A stretch of DNA of 64,000 bases from Akkermansiaceae bacterium UBA7331 (GTDB lineage Bacteria; Verrucomicrobiota; Verrucomicrobiia; Verrucomicrobiales; Akkermansiaceae). Made by a program: the position numbers and the translations under genes. Positions 41,048 to 51,300 of this stretch are shown in pieces; the stretch's first letter is position 1; each line of letters opens with the position of its first letter. The DNA is taken from NCBI GenBank assembly GCA_002471255.1, contig DKPP01000008.1:42324-106323 (forward strand). The letters are read 5' to 3'. Under the pieces are notes generated by a model. It was not told where the DNA came from and searched no databases. It saw nothing but the letters and a program-made list of their open reading frames with translations.

Positions 41048-41983
41048 ATGATTGAAGCAAAGCAACTTTCAAAAAAATTTGGCCGATTCCAAGCGGTTAA
41101 AAATGCATCTTTTACTATCAATAAAGGTGATATTGTCGGGTTTTTAGGACCTAATGGTGCCGGCAAGACCACTACGTTGCGAATGCTCACCGGTTATTTA
41201 CCACCGACATCAGGCACAGCGGTCATTGCCGGTCATGATGTACTTAAAGATCCTATGGGAGCTAGAAAATGTCTTGGATATTTGCCTGAGCATGTACCTC
41301 TTTATGATGAACAACGAGTAACGGAATATTTAAAGTTCCGAGCCAGACTTAAAGGCATCCCTTCAAAGGAAATTTGGAACAATGTTGCCAGAGTTTTGGA
41401 AATCTGCGACTTGGAGCCTGTACGCCGCAAAATGATTCGTACTTTATCCAAGGGCTATCGTCAGCGCGTCGGCTTAGCTGATGCGTTATTGGGCAAACCG
41501 GATATTCTCATCCTTGATGAACCGACCAATGGTCTTGACCCGAACCAAATTCGTCAAATGCGTGAGCGAATCAAGGCATTGACGGTTGACCACACGATTA
41601 TTCTTTCTACCCACATTTTAAGTGAAGTGGAAATGATGTGTAATAAGGTAGTTATTATTGACCAAGGTGTTATTAAAGCTGCCGATACTCCGGAAAATTT
41701 AACTTCCAACTTACGTGCCGCCGGTAAAATCGCCATTGAGTTCAAAGGTGATTTAGACAAAGTGGTAGAACAATTTAATGAATTGGAACATGTTAAGAAA
41801 GTCATTCACGATTCGACCACCGAAGATGGATGGCACTTTTTAACAATCCGAGCCGAGGCAGGAACCGATACCAGAGAACGCCTCATTGAAATTTTAACAG
41901 GACTCAATTGCAAGGTGAGACATATTCATCGCCACATCCCTACTCTTGAGGAAGTCTTTGTAGAAATGACCCGTAAAGACTAA
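41048..41983 (+). CDS. ABC transporter ATP-binding protein (GldA-like)
   Basis: GPNGAGKTT, LSKGYRQRVG, ILDEPT, STH. Confidence 0.93.
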   Translation: MIEAKQLSKKFGRFQAVKNASFTINKGDIVGFLGPNGAGKTTTLRMLTGYLPPTSGTAVIAGHDVLKDPMGARKCLGYLPEHVPLYDEQRVTEYLKFRARLKGIPSKEIWNNVARVLEICDLEPVRRKMIRTLSKGYRQRVGLADALLGKPDILILDEPTNGLDPNQIRQMRERIKALTVDHTIILSTHILSEVEMMCNKVVIIDQGVIKAADTPENLTSNLRAAGKIAIEFKGDLDKVVEQFNELEHVKKVIHDSTTEDGWHFLTIRAEAGTDTRERLIEILTGLNCKVRHIHRHIPTLEEVFVEMTRKD

Positions 41984-42013
41984 TCGTCTATCCATTTTAC
42001 CTTATCTGAATTT

Positions 42014-42796
42014 ATGTCGGCTATTTATACTATTTTCAAAAAAGAGATTCGCAGTTTCTTTCTTACCCCGTATGGTTGGGTGATTTTAGCCTTTGTGCTC
42101 GCTTTACAAGGCTTATCCTTATCAGCCACGCTCAAAATCTTTCAAACAGCACCCCAACAAGAGGGCATTTTGTTTTTCATCGTGCACTCTCAAATGTTTT
42201 GGTTCTACTTCCTCTTCATCTTCCCTCTCATCACGATGAGATCACTAGCTGAAGAAGAAAAAACAGGCACTCTGGAATCACTATTGACCGCGCCGGTTAA
42301 AACTTGGCAGGTTGTCATGGGTAAATATCTCGCGGCATACGCATTTTTTATCGTCCTTTGGTTGCCACTTCTTCTTTATCCATTCGTAGGCGATATGGCC
42401 AATTGGTATGTCGAGGCGAACTATAATTATGATCCGGGAATGATGCTTTCCTATCGCTTTGCGGATTGGTTCGGCACCTTGAGTATTATTTTCCTAATGG
42501 GTGCGTGGTTCACAGCATTAGGCATTTTTGCCTCTTCTTTAACAGGTAGTCAGATTATTGCCGGCATCACGACAATCGGCCTTTTGGTATTCATCTTCTT
42601 CTTAGGCTTAGTTCCGATTTTATGGGGTGAGTTCCCTGCCTCTGCTATTTTCCACTATCTTTCTTGCACGGAGAACTTAGATAAATTCTCATCCGGCTTA
42701 GTCGATTCGAGACCATTTGTCCTATACATTTCGATGACGGTTTTGACCTTGGCAGTTACGGTACGCACCATTGATTACAGACGCTGGAAACACTAA
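42014..42796 (+). CDS. ABC-2 type permease (GldF-like)
   Basis: KKEIRSFF, PLITMRSLAEEEKTGTLE.LLTAPV, GKY. Confidence 0.88.
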   Translation: MSAIYTIFKKEIRSFFLTPYGWVILAFVLALQGLSLSATLKIFQTAPQQEGILFFIVHSQMFWFYFLFIFPLITMRSLAEEEKTGTLESLLTAPVKTWQVVMGKYLAAYAFFIVLWLPLLLYPFVGDMANWYVEANYNYDPGMMLSYRFADWFGTLSIIFLMGAWFTALGIFASSLTGSQIIAGITTIGLLVFIFFLGLVPILWGEFPASAIFHYLSCTENLDKFSSGLVDSRPFVLYISMTVLTLAVTVRTIDYRRWKH

Positions 42797-42832
42797 GACT
42801 TTCTTTATTCACTTTTACCGATTTTCTCCATC

Positions 42833-44404
42833 ATGAGCGATACATATACTGAATCAACTCAACTCGATCCCAACGAAAACCCCCAAGAGCCTGCAAAAAA
42901 GGTGAGGGCCCCTTGGATGACTTGGGTGAATCTTTTCCTTTTAACCATTATTGTCATTTGTTGTAACTATGTAGGGTGTCAAGAATACTACCGTCGTGAT
43001 TTGACGGAAGATCAGCGATACGATATTTCTCAGCAAAGTATCAACTTAATCCAATCTGACTTGATTCAGAAAAGAGAGACCCCTATCAAAATCACATTTG
43101 CCTTCTTACGAACAACGCAGAACTACACTCGTATGCGTTCTTTGTTGGAAGAATACGAACGCCTTTCGAATGGTAAAATCAAAGTTGAATTCTTTGACCC
43201 ACTTCGCCAGCCGAATAAGGCACGAGAAGTAGCCTTGATTTATGGTATCGAGTTTAAGAAAAATCAGGTAATCATTGATGCTCGCCCCGATACAAGCCGT
43301 GGTTTAGATACATTTGAAGGCAACCAACAAGAAGCTGCCTCGGTGCGTATACTTGATGGTAACAACTTCGTCGTGTATGGCCCGGGTCCTGATGGTAAAA
43401 CACAAAAAGCGGTCGCTTTACAAATCGAAGATTTGATGACTGCCAATATTTACGGTGCCGCTACCGGATTACCAAAAATTGTTTATGTTATTGCCGATAA
43501 GAGTAATTTCAGCAATGAAAACTTAAACGATAATAATTCGATCTTCCAAACGCTGAATCGCATTTGTCGATCACTAAACTTGCAATTGGTACCGATCAAT
43601 TTATCAGGTTTATCAAAAATTCCTGATAATGCAGCATCAGTCATGCTCATTGGGCCAAAATACGATATTACTCCACAGGAAAGTGAAGTATTGGAAGAAT
43701 ATTGGAACCGACCAAATTCGGGCATGTTGGTCATGCTAGATCCACAAGCAGATGAGCCAAAACAACTTTATAGATTTTTAAGATCTCAAGGTTTAAGACC
43801 TCAAAATGACCGAGTGATGCTTAAAGACCGCAAAAACTCGGTATTTGAAATCAATGCAATTTTTGCACAAGGTCTAAATTGTACTAAAGAATTTTGGAAT
43901 AGCAGCACCGGTTTGGAAGGTCAAAGCATCTCCTTAGTAGCCGATACGGATAACAATGCGTTAGCTTATCGCCGCATCGAGACTTACCCTCTATTGGTCA
44001 CTACACCAGAGTTTTATGGTGAAACCAAATACACTCAATTCCCTGTCCAATTTGATGAAAATGAAGATAACCCGGGACCTTTATGCATTGGTCTGGCTAT
44101 CGTAAAAGGCAACAACAATGATATCAACTTGGCTAAAGAAACGGGGCGCATGGCTTTGTTAGGTAATGTTGACATCTTGCAGCCTAAGAGCATTAAACCA
44201 GAGCAACGTGATTTCTTACGTAGCTTGACCGCATGGATGACGGATCGAGAAGAATTAAGTGGCATCGGCGCAAGACATGATTTGACTGTTAAAATCAATC
44301 TTGATCCAAAAGCCCTATCCTTTGTGGAGTTTATCACCACATTAGGCTTCCCTATCCTAGCATTACTCATTGCATTGCTCATTTGGAACAATCGTCGCCA
44401 CTAA
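42833..44404 (+). CDS. GldG-like ABC auxiliary component
   Basis: N- and C-terminal TM helices; DLT....Y, LLEEY, IGPKYD, LVMLDP. Confidence 0.8.
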   Translation: MSDTYTESTQLDPNENPQEPAKKVRAPWMTWVNLFLLTIIVICCNYVGCQEYYRRDLTEDQRYDISQQSINLIQSDLIQKRETPIKITFAFLRTTQNYTRMRSLLEEYERLSNGKIKVEFFDPLRQPNKAREVALIYGIEFKKNQVIIDARPDTSRGLDTFEGNQQEAASVRILDGNNFVVYGPGPDGKTQKAVALQIEDLMTANIYGAATGLPKIVYVIADKSNFSNENLNDNNSIFQTLNRICRSLNLQLVPINLSGLSKIPDNAASVMLIGPKYDITPQESEVLEEYWNRPNSGMLVMLDPQADEPKQLYRFLRSQGLRPQNDRVMLKDRKNSVFEINAIFAQGLNCTKEFWNSSTGLEGQSISLVADTDNNALAYRRIETYPLLVTTPEFYGETKYTQFPVQFDENEDNPGPLCIGLAIVKGNNNDINLAKETGRMALLGNVDILQPKSIKPEQRDFLRSLTAWMTDREELSGIGARHDLTVKINLDPKALSFVEFITTLGFPILALLIALLIWNNRRH

Positions 44405-44434
44405 GGATATTTTAACCTGAGACCGAATAGCATC

Positions 44435-46468
44435 ATGCGAATCTTGCGCTCCATTCTGCTCATCATCGTTACATTACTTTGTATTACGGCAGCCGTCTTA
44501 TTAACCATCGATGGCAATCTATCACGTGTGATAGGCCGTACGGCTTTTGATAAGGGAGAACGACTTTTCCCTTATTCAAAAGAAGAACTCAACCAAGTCA
44601 ATTGGATGCGTATTAAGCATATCAATGATAAGGCCGAGTTTCGACGTTTACCAAATGGCGTATGGTGGGCAACTTCCCCATGGAATGACCGAATGGACCC
44701 ACGAGCAGCGGCTGCCATTCTCCAATTCACTCATTCCACTACGATTGTTGATGCTTTACCTCTTAATAATACGGTAAAATCTTCTATTAAAGAGTTCGGT
44801 CTGCAAAGCACCCCGACGGAAATCACATTGAAACATTTAACGCCCGAAGATAGCGGTTCCACTATGGCACGTTATACTTTAGGAACTAGAGCTCCGTGGG
44901 TCGTTGATGATTTAGAACACAAGACGACCAATAACACGACATATCTTAAAACCGATTATTACGGGCGTGCAAACCGTATTTGTGTAAGTACCGGAGATAT
45001 TACTCCTTTATTTAAAGAAGGTATTCGTCAATTACGAGACCACCGACCATTGCTTGTGCACCCGGCTTTACCTGCTCGCATCAGTATCAAAAATAAAAGC
45101 GAAATTATTGAATTAGTACGCTTATCCCCCAATTCTCCATGGAAAATCACCTATCCGCTAGAGTTGGATACCGATCCACAGATGATAACCGTACTTTTGG
45201 GTGCATTACAAAAGCTTACTGCATCTAGAGTACATAATCCTGAGGATTCCATCTTACCGGAACTCTCTGATGAACAAACCGTCACTGTAAGTATCAGTAA
45301 TTTTGAGGTTGATGAAGCGAAGCAAAAGCTTGTGGTTGGGGCTCCTGTCGTTTTATCAATGTTCCCAACGTCTGACTCTGCCGCTAACAATCTTGTTAAG
45401 GCTACCGTTTCCGATCGTCCGGCAGTTTTTGATTTACCCTATAAGTCACCTCAAGCGGAAAAAGGGCAATCCCCATCTTTCGCTGCCTTTCAAAATCTAC
45501 CTTTAACTTTAAATTTCTTACGTTCGAAGAATCTTACCAATTTAGGTAAAACGCCAATTTTAGGTATTTCTCTATCTTCTCGTCAGAGTATGTACCCTAT
45601 CATCTTTAAATACCGTGATGGTAGTAAAGATACGGGAACGGCTGCTTCGTGGACGTTTTCCGCAGATGGCAATCCTCCTGCAGCTGTTGATGAAATCAAT
45701 CTGGCTCGCCTAATTCAAGGCATCAAAGAAGGGTTAGTGGATGGATTTGCCACAGATGCACCTAGCGACCTTAAAATCTATGGTCTTGATAAGCCAATCT
45801 ACAAAATATTTATTGCCTTAAAGCCTAGTCCGTCACAGCCGGATCCATTACCAACCATGCTCTATTTCTCAAAAGGTGCAGATGGGTCATGGTATGCTCA
45901 AGAAGAAGGCAAACCTACTATCTTCAACATTGCACCTGAGTTTATCCAATTATTCAATATGGATCCGCTCTACTGGAGAAACAAAAAGCTTATTAACTTT
46001 AACAGATTCGACCTCAAGCAACTCATCACACAAAACGTGGGAGTATCTGCACCATTGACGCTGTCTTATGATAGTCTAGATGATACGTGGAAAGCACAGC
46101 AAGGAGGTAAAGATGTCACGGTTGATATTAACCCAAATCGCGCCAACCGTTATCTGCAAGCATTGGAAAAAATTGACGTATTCCAATGGTTGCCCTATGA
46201 CGATCACCGAGCATGGCAGGCATTGCAAAACCCTACATTCATCTTAACAATGAAGCTTGAGGGCTACACACAAACTGACCATACCATGAAAAATGACCAA
46301 TCGGCGACGATGAAAAAGGAATCCAGCACGATTCAAATAGATATCGTTCCTGTCGATAAAAATAATCCTCAGGGTTATTATTACGGCAAATTACAAGGCA
46401 TGCCCGAATATTTTCTACTCGATGATAAATCGGTGAAAATACTTACTGCTTCACTTTACGAACAATAG
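44435..46468 (+). CDS. DUF4340 domain-containing membrane-anchored protein
   Basis: N-terminal TM; repeated W...P...D / L..(Y/F)GL..P units; usual position after GldG-like genes. Confidence 0.7.
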   Translation: MRILRSILLIIVTLLCITAAVLLTIDGNLSRVIGRTAFDKGERLFPYSKEELNQVNWMRIKHINDKAEFRRLPNGVWWATSPWNDRMDPRAAAAILQFTHSTTIVDALPLNNTVKSSIKEFGLQSTPTEITLKHLTPEDSGSTMARYTLGTRAPWVVDDLEHKTTNNTTYLKTDYYGRANRICVSTGDITPLFKEGIRQLRDHRPLLVHPALPARISIKNKSEIIELVRLSPNSPWKITYPLELDTDPQMITVLLGALQKLTASRVHNPEDSILPELSDEQTVTVSISNFEVDEAKQKLVVGAPVVLSMFPTSDSAANNLVKATVSDRPAVFDLPYKSPQAEKGQSPSFAAFQNLPLTLNFLRSKNLTNLGKTPILGISLSSRQSMYPIIFKYRDGSKDTGTAASWTFSADGNPPAAVDEINLARLIQGIKEGLVDGFATDAPSDLKIYGLDKPIYKIFIALKPSPSQPDPLPTMLYFSKGADGSWYAQEEGKPTIFNIAPEFIQLFNMDPLYWRNKKLINFNRFDLKQLITQNVGVSAPLTLSYDSLDDTWKAQQGGKDVTVDINPNRANRYLQALEKIDVFQWLPYDDHRAWQALQNPTFILTMKLEGYTQTDHTMKNDQSATMKKESSTIQIDIVPVDKNNPQGYYYGKLQGMPEYFLLDDKSVKILTASLYEQ

Positions 46469-46479
46469 AATTTTCTAAA

Positions 46480-47259
46480 ATGGCCATTGATCTAAAAGAC
46501 ATCGTGCAATATCTCAACGGTGTACTCAATATAGATGGGTTTAAAGACTCAGCAGTTGCAATGAACGGTTTACAAGTGGAAAACAATGGTGTTGTCACAA
46601 AAGTAGCCGTAGCTGTAGATGGTTCAGAATCTGCTATTAAAGAAGCTATCAAACAAAAGGCTGATTTATTGATTTTGCACCATGGCATTTTTTGGCAAAC
46701 GATGCAACCGATTACCGGCATAGCCTATCGAAAGCTAAAATTGGCAATGGATCACAATTTAGCCATTTATTCTGCTCATCTTCCACTTGATCAACACCCA
46801 AAATACGGAAATAATGCGATTTTGAGCCGACTGTGCGGATTAGAACCAACTTTACCTTCATTCTCGTATCATGGAAATGAACTAGGTTGTCGTGGAGTAT
46901 TAGAAATTTCCGGTAAAGAACTATTAGCTCGGTTAGAAAAAGCAACCGGCAAGCCTTTTCATGCATTTTGGAATCATGACCCGGAACAATCGGCAGGAGA
47001 TACCCTTATTTGTAGTGGTGGCGCCGGTGATGATATTAGTGCCGTAGCAGCGCTGGGTTGTAAAACTTACGTTACGGGAGAGGGTTCTCATTGGAATATC
47101 CCCATTGCCCAAGAATTAGGTATTAATCTCTTATTAGGTGGACACTATGAAACGGAAACCTTCGGGGTCAAATCATTAGGCAAACTTTTACAAGAAAAGT
47201 TTCAGCTTCCTTATGAATTTTTGGATTTGCCACCCTACGCATATTCTTTAGCTCAATAA
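46480..47259 (+). CDS. Nif3-like dinuclear metal centre protein
   Basis: NGLQVE, HHG, HLPLD.HP..GNN, SGGAG, TGE, GHYETE. Confidence 0.92.
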   Translation: MAIDLKDIVQYLNGVLNIDGFKDSAVAMNGLQVENNGVVTKVAVAVDGSESAIKEAIKQKADLLILHHGIFWQTMQPITGIAYRKLKLAMDHNLAIYSAHLPLDQHPKYGNNAILSRLCGLEPTLPSFSYHGNELGCRGVLEISGKELLARLEKATGKPFHAFWNHDPEQSAGDTLICSGGAGDDISAVAALGCKTYVTGEGSHWNIPIAQELGINLLLGGHYETETFGVKSLGKLLQEKFQLPYEFLDLPPYAYSLAQ

Positions 47260-47268
47260 TATATCTAC

Positions 47269-48249
47269 ATGTATTTAACGACAGACGACGCTGACGGCAA
47301 ACAAAGATTGGATCAATATCTAGCTACCCATCTACCGGATTTATCACGCTCACGCATTCAATCACTCATTAAAAGCGGTGATGTGTTGGTTAATGGTAAA
47401 TCAGCCAAGCCCAAGCAAATGGTCAGTCGTGGTGAGACAATATCCGTCAACATCCCCGAACCGGAACCGGCTGAAGCCCAAGCTCAAGATATCCCCTTAC
47501 ACATTCTTTATGAAGATTCCGATGTCATTGTAATCAATAAAGAAAGTGGCATGGTGGTGCATCCCGCGGCAGGCAATCCTGACGGAACTATAGTTAATGC
47601 CCTACTTCACCACTGTGGCGATTTATCAGGCATAGGCGGGGTGGAAAGACCCGGTATTGTGCACCGTTTAGATAAAGATACTTCCGGTTGTCTCGTTGTA
47701 GCTAAAAATGATATAGCCCATTTATCATTAACATCACAGTTTGCGGCACGCACGACAGATAAATTATATTTGGCTGTTGTACAGGGTATTCCTAAAGAAA
47801 CTACAGGCACTGTTTTTACTCACATAGGTAGGCACCCGGTCAATAGGATGAAAATGGCTGTTGTTAATCCGGGCTCAGGAAAAGCAGCTATTACTGATTG
47901 GGATCTATTATGTGCAGATCCGTCCACTAAATCAGCCTTGGTATTATGTACTTTACACACAGGACGTACGCACCAAATTAGAGTGCATATGTTACATTTA
48001 GGCCACCCGCTAATTGGTGATCCTATTTACGCTAAACCACAAAGACAAACTGCGCAGCCCGGCAGGCTGATGCTCCACGCATGGAGACTTTCTTTTGACC
48101 ATCCGAAAACCGGAGAACGTATGGATTTTGAAGCACCGGTACCCTCTGAATATACGCCGTGGATGCAACAATTCCCCAACGGATTACATGGCTCGCTCCC
48201 TGCTCCTCGCAAGGGTCCTCAGCTTGAGGTAGAAGACGCAGAAGACTAA
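47269..48249 (+). CDS. rluD: RluA-family pseudouridine synthase with S4 domain (RluD-like)
   Basis: RLDQYL..SRSRIQ S4 domain, NK.SGMVVHP, HRLDKDTSG, TGRTHQIRVH, GDPIY. Confidence 0.88.
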   Translation: MYLTTDDADGKQRLDQYLATHLPDLSRSRIQSLIKSGDVLVNGKSAKPKQMVSRGETISVNIPEPEPAEAQAQDIPLHILYEDSDVIVINKESGMVVHPAAGNPDGTIVNALLHHCGDLSGIGGVERPGIVHRLDKDTSGCLVVAKNDIAHLSLTSQFAARTTDKLYLAVVQGIPKETTGTVFTHIGRHPVNRMKMAVVNPGSGKAAITDWDLLCADPSTKSALVLCTLHTGRTHQIRVHMLHLGHPLIGDPIYAKPQRQTAQPGRLMLHAWRLSFDHPKTGERMDFEAPVPSEYTPWMQQFPNGLHGSLPAPRKGPQLEVEDAED

Positions 48250-48297
48250 TATTTTTTAATATCAAAAGCTAACCTAACACGTTTTACTTAAATAACG

Positions 48298-48332
48298 AAA
48301 AAGGCTGTATGTTCTCACATACAGCCTTTTTT
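48298..48332. terminator. Bidirectional intrinsic terminator between convergent genes
   Basis: aaaaaggctgtatg-ttctca-catacagcctttttt. Confidence 0.85.
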
Positions 48333-48351
48333 ATTCTATTTTAATCTTCGA

Positions 48352-51300
48352 TTAGAAGCTATAGCGATAACCTAAACTACCGTTAAAGGAAGAAGCACCG
48401 CTACGGAAATCAGCATTGGCATCAATAAAGAAGCTACTTTGCACACCTACCGGTACAGTCAATCCGGCACCAAGCTGTATAGCTGTAGTACCAATTTTAG
48501 CACCTTGTACGTTTTGCATGAAATTAGGGTTACCTAAGAAACCAACATTCACTTTGGATCGATCGTCACCGAAATCTTGAGCAACATTGACGCGTGCTTC
48601 AGCAAAGGATTCACGACCAAATAAATTACTACCGATGACACCCATCCAGCGACCACCTAAGGCTAATGTGGCAACAGTCATATCTTGTTTACCAACCTTT
48701 AAGCCGGCCATATCTGCACCTGTTTCATCAAATCCATCCATGGAAGTATGTGCCACAGAAGCATTGAATAATGGTTGCAATACGGAAGTGTTTTCTTCAT
48801 TCAAAGCGTAATCGTATGTCAATTCATACATAGCGCCGATACCATAACCATTTGTTTTGCTATGAGCATCATAAGAACCGGTGCCATAATCGACAGTACG
48901 GGTTAATTTACCATCATTTCTTACACCTGTAACGATAACGGTATGAGCCCATTTACGATCCTGGAATCGAACGAAACCATTTAAGTAATATGAATCCAAA
49001 TCACCCTTGGCATGATCGGCAGCACTAGCTTTCAAATCGCCAAATTGTGCAGAAAACGCTAAACCAACTGTTACTCGATCACTTAAATCGACATCTACAC
49101 CAACGGTGCCACCCCATGTTGAAAGAGTATAACCACTCTCGTCACCGGATGAATTAAGCTTGTTATAAGAGCCTGTACCCTGTACCCACATATTGTAGTA
49201 CGGCATGTCTTCATTTGTTACAGATTGATTTACACCCATCTGAGTTGTACGATTACGCAACCATACCATTTGATCTTTTAATGCATTATTCTGAGCCATA
49301 CCATAACTAGTAAGGGTAGAACCTGCTGCTGCTGCCATAGTCTGACTTGCCGTACCGATATTACCGGATTGGATCATTTGAGCGACAGCATCACTAAGAG
49401 CAAATAATGTGCTATTACGGTTGGCACTGGCAATAAACTTTGAATCATTTAATAAGTTCGCACCAGCCAAAGCATTTTGAGTTAACGCAGCACCGGCGAA
49501 AGCATTTGTTTCAGCTTTAGAAGCATTAACAATGATATCGTTACCTGATTGCTCCAATTCGTAATTGTAAATCAACCCTTGCAATCCTTTTACGGTCAAT
49601 GAATTTCCTGTAAATGAGGAAACAGAGTCACCGGAAATAAGAACAAAGCTATAAGAAGATAAGTCGCCAGATTGGAACTCGACATTATTATCTAATACCA
49701 ATTGTGTATTGTTCAAAGCAATATCGCCGGTTACGGACACCAATGCCTTTTCTTGCAATTCAGTTAGATTGCTAACAGAAGTATTAAAGGTTAATGTTCC
49801 GCCTTGGGTATTTAAAGAGCTTAACGTTACATTTGGCAATTTTTCACCATTTGTAATATCAAAAATAACATGAGCGGTCCCAGCTTGACGAGCAACACCA
49901 CCAACAGTTAAAGCACCAAATTCGCAATCGCTTAGAATTAAAGTACCATTACTTACTCCCAAATTCACTTGTTGAGCACCTGTTACTCCCGTAAACTCTT
50001 GAGTACCGCCTCCCGCTAAATTGATTGAACCGGCGCCATTAAAGCTTCCGGAAAACGAATTGGTAGCAGAACCTAATTCAATAGAACTATCGGCATTGGC
50101 AAATTGCACGGTACCGGTACCGGCCAAAGCACCCAAACTTAAGTTGTTTTGAACATTTAAGCTAGCTTGAGCTCCCAAGTTGACACTTGTATCATTACCA
50201 ATGGAACCATTTGCACCTACGGATAAAACTCCGTTATTTAAGGTTAAAGTACCATTACCGGTAACGGATGAAGTCAACTCAAATCCATTAGAACCAATTA
50301 CCAATTCTGCACCATTAGAGAAATTGACAGAACTACCATTTCCTTGAATCAATGTTTCAACCGTAGTTGTTGAATCTTTCCCACCAAGGAAGAAAGAACC
50401 GTTATTTGTTAAATGCTTAATCGTATTAGTTAAGCCATTAAGAGTAAGTATCGCATTAGCATCAATAACAGCCCAACCATATTCTGTAAGTGTGGTATTA
50501 CCATTAATGACTAATTCGCCCCCGGTTACTTTTATACCCGTTGCAGAAACAGAACCTCCAATTATTTGCTTATAATCGTCATTCTTCTGTAATTGTGCAT
50601 TACCCTGAATTGAACCGGCATAAGAGGAAACTGCGTCCCCTTTTCCTGACTGATTAAGCATTAAAATCGCATTACTTTCCGATCCGGAAGTATCAATCAT
50701 AGCGGTGCTGACAGCGCCTTCTAAGCCATTCAAATCAAGAATAGTATTACCTGCTTCCGGTAAACTCACATTTAAAGTACCGTCAACTACGACATAATCT
50801 AAGTTCAATGAATTGATATCGCCAGCATTGACAACATCTTGAGATGTGCCCGCTGCAACGTATAAAATATTACCTTCACCGCTTGATAAAGTAATCGTAC
50901 CATTACCGCTCGTAGTGAAGCTAAATAAGTTCTTAATAGAATTATATTGGGAATCTACTAGAATCGTCAAACCATCACCTAAGGAAACCAAACCTCCGTT
51001 GGTTAATTGTAAAACGATATTACCACGGCTATCGAGCATATGTGCGGCTAAATCATTAGTAATCGCTAGATTCAAAGAATCAGTAATGGTCAAAGTACCG
51101 GATGATGATGAAAACTCAATGCACCCTGTACCTGCTGTATTACCATTCACTAACGAGCCTAAATTAGCACCTAATGTTGCGCTAGATACGGTAATATTGC
51201 CGGACACTCCGGAAATCGAACCAATTTGGTTAGAAGTATAATCATACCCTAAGTTCAACTCGGTAATCTTGTTACCTGAAAGACCGCCTAAATTAATGTT

